Shown piece after piece: positions 10,771-21,529 of a stretch of DNA of 64,000 nucleotides. Each line of letters opens with the position of its first letter. The first letter of the stretch is position 1. The stretch covers positions 4,544,001-4,608,000 of the forward strand of contig OZ251997.1 in the NCBI GenBank assembly GCA_965247095.1, in the 5' to 3' direction. Source of the DNA: Candidatus Multivorans sp. GTDB lineage: Bacteria; Acidobacteriota; Thermoanaerobaculia; Multivoradales; Multivoraceae. The position numbers and the translations under genes were made by a program. The notes below the pieces were generated by a model. That model did no database searches. It was given only the letters and a program-made list of their open reading frames with translations, and was not told the origin of the DNA.

Positions 10771-11364
10771 GCGAAACGACATCGGTGATTCAGGATCCCG
10801 ACGTAGATGTCCTAGCGCTTCACGCTCAACTACTTCGTGACGAGTATGTGACGGCGGAAGCGGATCCCTGGAAGCACAGCCCGTTTGGCTGGATCAAATG
10901 CCGACCCATCTCGCCGGGTCGGCGCGATTGGCGAGCGACTCGTCCATGCCTGGTGCCTCGCCCAAGGCTTCGAGGTTGAGAGGTCTCCAGACTCCGAGGC
11001 AGACCGGATCATTGAGGGGTATCGTGTAGAGATCAAGTTCTCCACGCTTTGGAAGGCGGGCGGATATAAGTTCCAGCAGATACGGGACCAGAACTACGAC
11101 TACCTCTTCGCATTGGGCATATCGCCCTTCGACGCGAGTGCATGGGTAGTCCCCAAGGCTGTACTGAAGCAGTACGTGATCGGTCACATGGGTCAGCACA
11201 CAGGCGCTGCAGCGACTGATACTTCTTGGCTTGGCTTCAAGGTCGGCGAAGAGCAGGACTGGTTGAAGGCGTTTGGGGGGACACTGGCGGAAGCTCGTTG
11301 TGTTCTCGCCGCAATCGGCAGAGGACGTCGCGACGGTTTGCGAGGAAGGGACGGTGCGCAATGA
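10767..11364 (+). CDS. Putative PD-(D/E)xK restriction endonuclease, frameshifted near 10907
   Basis: ATGA overlap with the MTase; GAIGE...ADRIIEGYRVEIKFS catalytic-type motif; removing one C from a CCC run joins the two ORFs. Confidence 0.7.
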
Positions 11365-11428
11365 AGGCGCAAGGAGGCGTAGTGGGTCCGTAGCCATCTG
11401 CGCTCCCACGATGTGAGATCATCCGGCC

Positions 11429-12946
11429 ATGGCGCGCCGGGCTCCCCAGGGAACGCAGGCCATCCAGCGGGCGCTGTCCCTCTACCGGTCGTTCACGGCG
11501 GAGCAGCCGGAGCATCGGCTGACGGACCTCGCCGCGGCGCACGGACTCCATCCCTCGACGGCGCACCGGCTGCTCGGTGTGCTGGAGGCGGAGGGACTGG
11601 TTGGCCGCAACCCGGACACGCAGGGTTACCGTTGGCTGCCCGAGAGTGGCCTCGGCGGCGGCGAGCGGCCTTTGCGCCGCAACGGCATGTCTCTGTTGGA
11701 GCCGCTCCGGACGCCGTTCCATCGCCGTACGGAGGCTCTGTGCGAGAGCGGCGCCTGGCGCGACTGGTCGGGCTACACCTGCGTCCTGAGCTACGAACCG
11801 ACGCCGGATCGCGACTACTGGGCGATCCGCAACACGGCCGCTCTGATCGACGTGTCGCCGCTGTTCAAGTACGAGATCCGGGGCGCCGATGCAGAGCGTC
11901 TGCTCGACCGCGTCATGACGCGCGACTTCACGAAGTGCCGCGTGGGCCGGGTCATGTACACGTCGTGGTGCAATGAGGACGGCCATCTGCTGCAGGACGG
12001 CAACGTGCAGCGACTGGACCGGGAGCGGTTCCTGGTCAGCGCCGCGGCGCCGTGCCTGCGCTGGTTGGAGGACTGCGCCCTCGGCATGGACGCCGAGGTG
12101 CGGGACGTTTCCGCCGACTCCGGCGTGCTGGCGCTCCAGGGACCGCGGGCGCGGGCGATTGCCGAGGCGGCCGTAGAGGGTGTCGACTTCGCCCGGATGC
12201 GCTACTTCGACCTGGCCGGCGGTGAACTCGGCGTTCCGGCCGGCGACGCCCGCGGCACCCCGGTCACCGTGACCCGCACCGGCTACACCGGCGACCTCGG
12301 CTACGAGTTCTGGATCGCCGCGGAGCACGCGGAGGCGCTGTGGGATGCGCTCGCTGCCGCCGGCGCCGCCCACGGCCTGCAGCCCGCCGGCCTGCTGGCG
12401 CTCGACATGGTTCGAGTCGAGTCGGGTCTGGTGCTGATCGACGTCGACTACGTGTCGGCGTCGCACGCCGAGATCGAGGTGCTCAAGGTCACGCCGGCCG
12501 AGGCCGGCCTGGGCTTCGCCGTGAAGCTCGACAAGCGGGCCGACTTCGTGGGCCGCCGGGCACTGGAGCGGGAGCGCGAACGGGGACCGGCCTGGGCCAT
12601 GGTGGGGCTCGAAGTCGACTGGTTCGAGCTGGAGCGGCTGTGGTCCGAGATCGATCTGCGGCCGCAGGTGGTCGGCGACCCGGCGTCGCGGGCGCCGACC
12701 CCCGTGTTCGCGCCGGGAGGTGAGCAGGTCGGGCAGTGCACGACGCGGTTCTTCTCGCCCTTGCTCAAGAAGTACATCGGTCTGGCGACGGTGCAGGCCG
12801 ACGCGGCCGCGCTCGGGACCGCCCTGGAGCTCGAGGTCGCGGTCGGCTACGGACGGCGACGGGCCCTCGCCCGGGTCGCGCGAAGGCCGTTCTTCGATCC
12901 GGCGCGCAAGACGGCGGTGGGTGCGGCCCTGGGAGGCGGCGCGTGA
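11429..12946 (+). CDS. IclR-type HTH fused to a GcvT/DmdA-like aminomethyltransferase
   Basis: N-terminal QAIQRAL...LHPSTAHRLLGVL...GY winged helix; then LIDVSPLFKY, LALQGP, TRTGYTGDLGYE, RVESG, FFDP folate-binding fold. Confidence 0.85.
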   Translation: MARRAPQGTQAIQRALSLYRSFTAEQPEHRLTDLAAAHGLHPSTAHRLLGVLEAEGLVGRNPDTQGYRWLPESGLGGGERPLRRNGMSLLEPLRTPFHRRTEALCESGAWRDWSGYTCVLSYEPTPDRDYWAIRNTAALIDVSPLFKYEIRGADAERLLDRVMTRDFTKCRVGRVMYTSWCNEDGHLLQDGNVQRLDRERFLVSAAAPCLRWLEDCALGMDAEVRDVSADSGVLALQGPRARAIAEAAVEGVDFARMRYFDLAGGELGVPAGDARGTPVTVTRTGYTGDLGYEFWIAAEHAEALWDALAAAGAAHGLQPAGLLALDMVRVESGLVLIDVDYVSASHAEIEVLKVTPAEAGLGFAVKLDKRADFVGRRALERERERGPAWAMVGLEVDWFELERLWSEIDLRPQVVGDPASRAPTPVFAPGGEQVGQCTTRFFSPLLKKYIGLATVQADAAALGTALELEVAVGYGRRRALARVARRPFFDPARKTAVGAALGGGA

Positions 12947-14658
12947 GCGGCGGCGACGGTTCCGGGCCTGGGAGCGCGGGCGTCTCGCCCGCATCCGATC
13001 CGGCCCGCCGCAGCGGCTGCTTCGACGCGATCGTCGTCGGCGCCGGCCACAACGGTCTCGTCTCCGCGGCCTACCTGGCCCGGGCCGGGCTGGACGTCGT
13101 GGTGCTGGAGCGCGGGCCGGTCATCGGCGGCGCCACGCTGAGCGAGGAGGCGTTCCCGGGCTTCCGGTACAGCGTGTTCTCGTACCTGGTGTCGTTGCTG
13201 CGCCCGGAGGTGATCCACGAACTCGACCTGGTAAGGCACGGCCTGTTCCTGGTGCCGACCGCGAGCACGTTGAACCCGCTGCCGGGCGGCGACTGCCTGC
13301 TGCGCGAGGCGGACCCCCAGCGCACCTACCGCAACATCGCCCGGCACTCGCGGCGCGACGCCGAGGCGCTCTCGGAGTACAAGCTCGAGATGCGCCGTCT
13401 GGGGCACTTGATGTTCCGGCTGCAGCGGGCGGCGCCGGACGAACTCGCGGCGGCGGTCGCCGGTCACGTCGAGGAGGATCCGGAGCAGAGCGGACCGGAT
13501 GTGTCGGCGGAAGTGGCGGACATCGCGCGCTACTTCCTCGACCTGCCGAAGGACCGGATGCGCTCCTTCCTGCAGATGCTGACGATGAGTTCGGCCGACT
13601 TCCTGGACCAGTGGTTCGAGTGCGACGCGCTGAAGGCCGCGCTCTCCTCCTCGAGCATCATCGGCTCCTTCCTGTCGCCGCGCACGCCGGGCTCGGCGTA
13701 CGTGCTGCTGCACCACTACATGGGCGAGATCGACGGGGTGTACCGGGAGTGGGGCTTCCAGAAGGGCGGCACGGGCGGCGTCGCGGCCGCAATCGCGTCG
13801 GCCGCGCGCGGCTACGGCGCCGAGATCCGCACGGATTGCCCGGTTACCCGCGTCCTTGCGCGTGACGGTCGCGCCTGTGGCGTCGTGCTTGCGAACGGCG
13901 ACGAACTCACCGCCGATGTCGTCGTCTCGTCGGCGGCGCCCCAGGTCAGTCTCGGCCGGCTGCTCGACGCCGGCGACGTTCCCGGCGGAGCGGGGGAGGG
14001 GCTTCTCGACCGTGTGTCCCGCTGGCAGAGCAGGGGTTGCGCCGGCAAGGTCAACCTGGCGCTCGACGGACTGCCTCGTTTCGAGTGCATGCCGGAACCC
14101 GGCCCCCACCTCGCGGGCGGGATCACCATCGCTCCGGGTCTCGACTACATCGATCGCGCCTACGACGACGCGAAGTACGGGGGCTTCTCGGAACGTCCGT
14201 TCATCGACCTGATCATCCCCTCCGTCCTCGACCCGGACATGGCGCCGCCGGGGAAGTGCGTGCTGTCCTGCTTCGTGCAGTACGCGCCCTACGAGCTGGC
14301 GGGAACCACCTGGGACGAGCAGCGCGACGCGTTCGGCGACGCCGTGGTGCGGACCCTGGCCGAGTACGCCCCGGGCATCGAGGACCAGGTGCTGCACCGG
14401 CAGGTGCGGGTACCGCCCGACATCGAGGCGATCGCCGGCATTCCGGGCGGCAACATCTTCCACGGCGAGTTGCGTCTGTCGCAGCTCTTCCTGCTGCGGC
14501 CGGATCCGGCTGCCGCATCCTTCCGGACGCCGTTGCCGGGCTACTACCTCTGCGGCTCGTCGACGCAGTTCGGCGGCGGCATCTCGGGCGGGCCCGGGCG
14601 GCTGGCTGCGCTCCGAATCCTCGAGGACCTGCGGCGTGGCGGGGCGGAGGCGCCGTGA
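12943..14658 (+). CDS. Phytoene dehydrogenase-like FAD oxidoreductase (CrtO/PYROXD2-like) 1
   Basis: DAIVVGAGHNGL, YVLLHHYMG, GG..G, GNIFHGEL, LCGS..GGG..G..G motifs; GTGA overlap with the upstream gene. Confidence 0.9.
   Translation: MSGGDGSGPGSAGVSPASDPARRSGCFDAIVVGAGHNGLVSAAYLARAGLDVVVLERGPVIGGATLSEEAFPGFRYSVFSYLVSLLRPEVIHELDLVRHGLFLVPTASTLNPLPGGDCLLREADPQRTYRNIARHSRRDAEALSEYKLEMRRLGHLMFRLQRAAPDELAAAVAGHVEEDPEQSGPDVSAEVADIARYFLDLPKDRMRSFLQMLTMSSADFLDQWFECDALKAALSSSSIIGSFLSPRTPGSAYVLLHHYMGEIDGVYREWGFQKGGTGGVAAAIASAARGYGAEIRTDCPVTRVLARDGRACGVVLANGDELTADVVVSSAAPQVSLGRLLDAGDVPGGAGEGLLDRVSRWQSRGCAGKVNLALDGLPRFECMPEPGPHLAGGITIAPGLDYIDRAYDDAKYGGFSERPFIDLIIPSVLDPDMAPPGKCVLSCFVQYAPYELAGTTWDEQRDAFGDAVVRTLAEYAPGIEDQVLHRQVRVPPDIEAIAGIPGGNIFHGELRLSQLFLLRPDPAAASFRTPLPGYYLCGSSTQFGGGISGGPGRLAALRILEDLRRGGAEAP
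12967..12997 (+). repeat. REP-like palindrome copy (intragenic)
   Basis: CCTGGGAGCGCGGGCGTCTCGCCCGCATCCG. Confidence 0.8.
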
Positions 14659-16169
14659 GCGATCGGGTCGCGATCGTCGGTGGGGGCCACAACGGCCTGG
14701 TAGCCGCCGCGCTGCTGGCGCGCTCCGGGCGGGAAGTCGTGCTGCTCGAGGCGCGGAGCGAACTGGGCGGGCTGGCCTCGACCCGGGAGCTGATTCCCGG
14801 CCACCGCGTCGACTCAGGACACAACGACCTCGGGATGTTCCGCCGCTCCCTGATCGAGGAACTCGAACTGCTTCGCTACGGCCTGGAACTGATCGAGGCG
14901 CCGGCGGTGGCCGCTGTCCCGGCAGCCGGGGACGCCGGCGCCGTCGTGCTCTGGCCTGAAGTCGACCGGACCGTGGAGGGACTCGCTTCGATCAGTGCCC
15001 GTGACGCAGCCGCCTGGCCGCGGTTCGTCGCCGAACTCGCGGAGCGGGCGGAGGCGCTCGAACCGCTGCTGTGCCGGCCGCCGGAACTGGCCGACATGGG
15101 GCGCCTGCTGATTGCGCCGGAACTGCTGCGCTTCGTGTCCGCGCCGCTGGACGAACTGTTGCGCGAGTGGTTCGAGACCCGGGCGCTGGCCGCCGGACTG
15201 TGCGGTCTGGCGCTTCCGGCGACCGGGATGGGACCGCGGGCGAACGGCACCGGCTGGCCGCTGCTCTACCACTGCGCTCTCGGTGGATCCGACCGTCTGG
15301 CGTCCGTCGTGCGGGCGCGGGGCGGCGCGGCCGGGCTGGCAGGGGCGCTCTCGGCTTCGGCCAGGGCCTCCGGCGCGGTGTTCAGGACCGGCGCCGTCGT
15401 CTCGCGGATCCTGGTGGAGGAGGGCCGTGTCGCGGGTGTGCAACTGGCGGACGGTGAGCGGATCGAAGCCGGGGCGGTGATCTCGACCGCGACGCCCACC
15501 GCCACCTTCCTCGACCTGGTCGGCGCGCCCGACCTCGAACCTCGCTTCGTCCGCCGGCTGCTCAAGGTGAAGTACCGCGGCGCCGCGGCCCGGTTGGCGC
15601 TGTCCCTCGACGATCTGCCTCGGTTCCAGGGTCTGGAACGTCCGGCTCTCACCGGACGGATCGTGCTCGCCCAGGATCCGGACGACATCGAGCGCGCGGC
15701 CGACGCGGCGAAGTACGGCCGCTTGCCGGCGCGGCCCTGGATCGAAGCGTCGCTGCCGACGGCTCTCGATCCGTCGCTGGCGCCCGCGGGGCGGCACCTG
15801 CTGCTGGCGACGGCGCACCACTTGCCTTTCGGCCTCGAGGGTGGCTGGAGCTCCGGCGGCCCGGAGCTGCGGGACCGCATGCTGGCCGAACTCGATCGCT
15901 GGGCGCCGGGGATCGACGGTCTGACCCGGGAACACGCTCTGCTGCTTCCCGCGGACTACGAGTCCGAGTACAGCGCCACGGAGGGCGGACTTCACCACGG
16001 CGAGATGAACCCCGGTCAGAGCCTGTGGCTGCGGCCTTCGGCGGCCGCCTGGGCAGGTGAGCCGTTGCCGGTGGAGGGGTTGTGGCTCGGCGGCGCGGGT
16101 TGCCATCCGGGCGGCGGCGTGACCGGCCTGCCGGGCCGGACGGCCGCGGTGTCCCTGCTCAGGGGATAA
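14655..16169 (+). CDS. Phytoene dehydrogenase-like FAD oxidoreductase 2 (divergent paralog)
   Basis: IVGGGHNGL, GG..HHGE, GAGCHPGGGVTGLPG; GTGA overlap with paralog 1. Confidence 0.88.
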   Translation: MSDRVAIVGGGHNGLVAAALLARSGREVVLLEARSELGGLASTRELIPGHRVDSGHNDLGMFRRSLIEELELLRYGLELIEAPAVAAVPAAGDAGAVVLWPEVDRTVEGLASISARDAAAWPRFVAELAERAEALEPLLCRPPELADMGRLLIAPELLRFVSAPLDELLREWFETRALAAGLCGLALPATGMGPRANGTGWPLLYHCALGGSDRLASVVRARGGAAGLAGALSASARASGAVFRTGAVVSRILVEEGRVAGVQLADGERIEAGAVISTATPTATFLDLVGAPDLEPRFVRRLLKVKYRGAAARLALSLDDLPRFQGLERPALTGRIVLAQDPDDIERAADAAKYGRLPARPWIEASLPTALDPSLAPAGRHLLLATAHHLPFGLEGGWSSGGPELRDRMLAELDRWAPGIDGLTREHALLLPADYESEYSATEGGLHHGEMNPGQSLWLRPSAAAWAGEPLPVEGLWLGGAGCHPGGGVTGLPGRTAAVSLLRG

Positions 16170-16271
16170 CCTCCGGCGACTGGAGCCTACGATCAGACGA
16201 CCTTTCAAGCGGCGTTCGCGCTGGCGCCTGCAATGGCGTTCTCGGCCTGACAGCGCACCTGGAGACCATCG

Positions 16272-16808
16272 ATGAAGAACTTCCTCCCCTTCCTGTTCGC
16301 TCTCGGCACCGCGCTGTGCTGGGGGCTCTACGGCCCGGTGTTGGGCAGGGCACGCCTGGTGGACGAGACGATGTCGCCCTTCAAGCCCTACGTCGGCATC
16401 GGCATCGCCTACCTGGCGATCGCGATCGTCGGCGGTCTGATCGGCATGAGAATCATGGGCGACAGCTTCGAACCCACCGGACCGTCCGGCATCTGGGGCC
16501 TCTACGCGGGCATCCTGGGCGCCCTCGGTGCGCTCTCGCTGACCCTCGCCATGTTCAGCGGCGGCGCGCGGATTCCCTACGCCGTGATGCCGGTCGTGTT
16601 CGGCGGCGCGGTCACGGTCACCGCTCTGTACACGCTGGCGCGCGCCAAGGGCCAGATCGAAGTGAGCCCGCTGCTCTGGGTGGGCATTGTTGGCATGTTG
16701 GTCTCGGTGGTCCTCATTACGATGAACACGCCGCACCCCGGGCCGCCGGGCGGCGGCCACGGCGAGCACACGACCGCCGTTGAGGACGGCGATACGGGAA
16801 GCGGCTAG
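16272..16808 (+). CDS. Integral membrane protein (DMT/EamA-like, about 5 TM helices)
   Basis: Hydrophobic helices, CWGLYGP and YAVMPVVFGGA motifs; GGAGA SD upstream. Confidence 0.7.
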   Translation: MKNFLPFLFALGTALCWGLYGPVLGRARLVDETMSPFKPYVGIGIAYLAIAIVGGLIGMRIMGDSFEPTGPSGIWGLYAGILGALGALSLTLAMFSGGARIPYAVMPVVFGGAVTVTALYTLARAKGQIEVSPLLWVGIVGMLVSVVLITMNTPHPGPPGGGHGEHTTAVEDGDTGSG

Positions 16809-16886
16809 GCCCGCCGCTGTCCGATCCCTGAGCCGGATCTGCTGAGCCGGCCCTAGGTCAACCGGCAGAACAGGAAAGGAGTGGAG

Positions 16887-17291
16887 CTACTCGACGGCGC
16901 GCGTGGCGGTCGCGGTCATGTCGCCGAAGTCGGTGGCGAACGTGCCGTTGAGCGAGTCGCCATCGACCATGCCGCTGAAGACCAGCGTGAGCTGCTGGCC
17001 ACCGGCGTCGATTTCAACCGTGAAACCCAAGGCGCCGTCTTCGGCAAAGGTGACGTCGGTCGCTTCCACTTCGCCGTCGGGCGAGGCCATCGCGACCATC
17101 AGGCCGCTGGCGTCGCCGCTCACGTTGATGGTCGGCGTCTGGGTGCCGAGCGGCGTCTCGATCGACATGTTCCAGGAGCCGACGGCGGCGGGGAGAGCCG
17201 GCGCACCGTAGGCACTGCAGCCGACGGTGAGCAGGGCCGCGGCCAGTGCGAGCAGGAGGTAGTTGCGGAGTTTCCCAGTTGAGAGGGTCAT
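16887..17291 (-). CDS. Hypothetical lipoprotein
   Basis: Signal peptide with LTVGC lipobox; beta-rich GSW..SIETP domain. Confidence 0.7.
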   Translation of the reverse strand: MTLSTGKLRNYLLLALAAALLTVGCSAYGAPALPAAVGSWNMSIETPLGTQTPTINVSGDASGLMVAMASPDGEVEATDVTFAEDGALGFTVEIDAGGQQLTLVFSGMVDGDSLNGTFATDFGDMTATATRAVE

Positions 17292-17405
17292 TTCGGCCTT
17301 TCCGGTCCTCGTTGGGACCCGTGTGGTTCGGAGCGTCAACCGGCCCCGGAGTCAAGATCGTGTAGGCGGCGAATGATAGCCGAGCGGCCTCAGCCCTTAT
17401 CGGTG

Positions 17406-18311
17406 TCAGTCGTTCTCCAACTGCCGGCGCATGTCGTCGAACATGGCCAGGTCGGCCAGCGACGGCTCAGGGTTGTGCAGGTCGAGACGGGCCAGGGCGT
17501 CGCGCACGATGTCGGCCACCGCCCAGCGCATGTACGGCTTGTTGTCGGCTGGAATCGCGTACCACGGCGCGTGGCTCTTCGTGGTGGACCTGATCGTTTC
17601 GCCGTACGCGCTCATGTACTCGTTCCAGAACCCCCGCTCACGGACGTCGCTGATCGCGAACTTCCAGTGCTTGTCGGCGCGGTCGAGGCGGCGCAGGAAG
17701 CGGACCTTCTGCTCGTCGCGGGAGACGTTGAGGAAGAACTTGAGAATCAATGTGCCGTTGCGCGCCAGGTGCCGCTCGTGTTCGACGATGGACTCCATGC
17801 GCTGCTGCCAAAGGCCGTTGGGATCCCGGTACGGCAGTTGTTGCTTCTCCAGCAGCTCGGGATGGACCCGCACCACGAGGACTTCCTCGTAGTAGCTGCG
17901 GTTGAAGACGCCGATGCGGCCGCGCTCCGGCAGGTTGCGAGCGGTGCGCCACAGGAAGTCGTGATCGAGCTCCTCGGTCGACGGCTGTTTGAAGCTGAAC
18001 ACCTGGCAGCCGGCAGGGTTGACGCCTGTGAGCAGCGCGTTGATCGTGCTGTCCTTGCCGGCCGCGTCCATCGCCTGGAAGACGAGCAGCACGGCGTGGC
18101 GGTTGTCTGCGTAGAGCAGTCGCTGCAGCCGGCTGATGTCGCGCACGGCGGTTCGGCGCAGTTTGTTCAGCTTCTGGTGGCTGGGCGCGTCCGGCGGCGG
18201 CCCCGTGCTCCACTGCCGCGGGTCGAAGCGCTTCGTGCCCTGGGGCACCAGGTAGCGCTGGGCCGGTTTCTCGGGCTCGCGACGGACGCTTTCGGGACTT
18301 TCTGGTGGCAT
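17406..18311 (-). CDS. ppk2: Polyphosphate kinase 2 family protein
   Basis: QAMDAAGKD Walker A, FKQPS.EELDHDFLWR, FNRSYYE, WKF..SD, PWY.IPAD.K. Confidence 0.93.
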   Translation of the reverse strand: MPPESPESVRREPEKPAQRYLVPQGTKRFDPRQWSTGPPPDAPSHQKLNKLRRTAVRDISRLQRLLYADNRHAVLLVFQAMDAAGKDSTINALLTGVNPAGCQVFSFKQPSTEELDHDFLWRTARNLPERGRIGVFNRSYYEEVLVVRVHPELLEKQQLPYRDPNGLWQQRMESIVEHERHLARNGTLILKFFLNVSRDEQKVRFLRRLDRADKHWKFAISDVRERGFWNEYMSAYGETIRSTTKSHAPWYAIPADNKPYMRWAVADIVRDALARLDLHNPEPSLADLAMFDDMRRQLEND

Positions 18312-18481
18312 GAGAGGGGAGGATGCCACAGGCGGCTGGAGGCGCAGAGCGGCCGTGGGCTCTGGATTCCATCAAATGAGTCCACGAGCCGGCCTGAAGG
18401 CGGAGCCCGGCGTCGGTTATGCGCCGATCTGGCGGTGCAGTTTCGTAGACTGTCCCCTCCACCAACGGAAAGGGAGGCAAC

Positions 18482-18811
18482 ATGAACAAAGTCGACTGGT
18501 ACTACCACCGCAACGGCTGAACGAGCTGCAAGAAAGCGTCCAAGTTGCTGGATGCACGTGGCGCGGTGATTGCGGACAGGACTTCAGCGAGCCGGAAGCT
18601 GGGGCGAGCCGAGGCGGAAGCTCTGGTCGCCGAGGCGGAGACGATCTACGTCGCCAGGGGGCGCAAGCAGACGGAACTGCCGGCTTCGGAACCGGGCGCG
18701 GCTGACCTGATGCTGGGGCCGACCGGCAACCTGCGGGCACCGGTGGTCCGGGTCGGCAGCACGCTGATCGTCGGCTACCACGAAGAGGCGCTGAACGAGG
18801 TTCTGGGCTAG
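18482..18811 (+). CDS. ArsC/Spx-like thioredoxin-fold selenoprotein (UxxC)
   Basis: GGAGG SD, ATG 18482, MNKVDWYYHRNG-TGA(18518-18520)-TSCKKA in frame with ...GPTGNLRAP...LIVGY; downstream hairpin. Confidence 0.82.
18536..18555 (+). promoter_or_regulatory. Candidate bacterial SECIS element
   Basis: GCGTCCA-AGTTGC-TGGATGC 7-bp stem (one G-U pair) with G near the start of the loop, beginning 15 nt after the in-frame TGA. Confidence 0.65.
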
Positions 18812-18818
18812 CAGCCAG

Positions 18819-21419
<2,601 letters not shown>

Positions 21420-21529
21420 GTCGTTGTCGCCTCGCTGTCCGCGTCGGTTTGTCGGTCGTTTCGCCTTTGGAACGGGGCTGGCGGGAGATCTTATTCCATT
21501 TCGCTTAAGTTGGCTAGATCTGAGTCGTC

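Noticed and set aside
12943-16169. Carotenoid biosynthesis cluster
   Set aside because: No crtB, crtE or crtY nearby; the context (GcvT-like gene, Rieske oxygenase, transporter) points to catabolism
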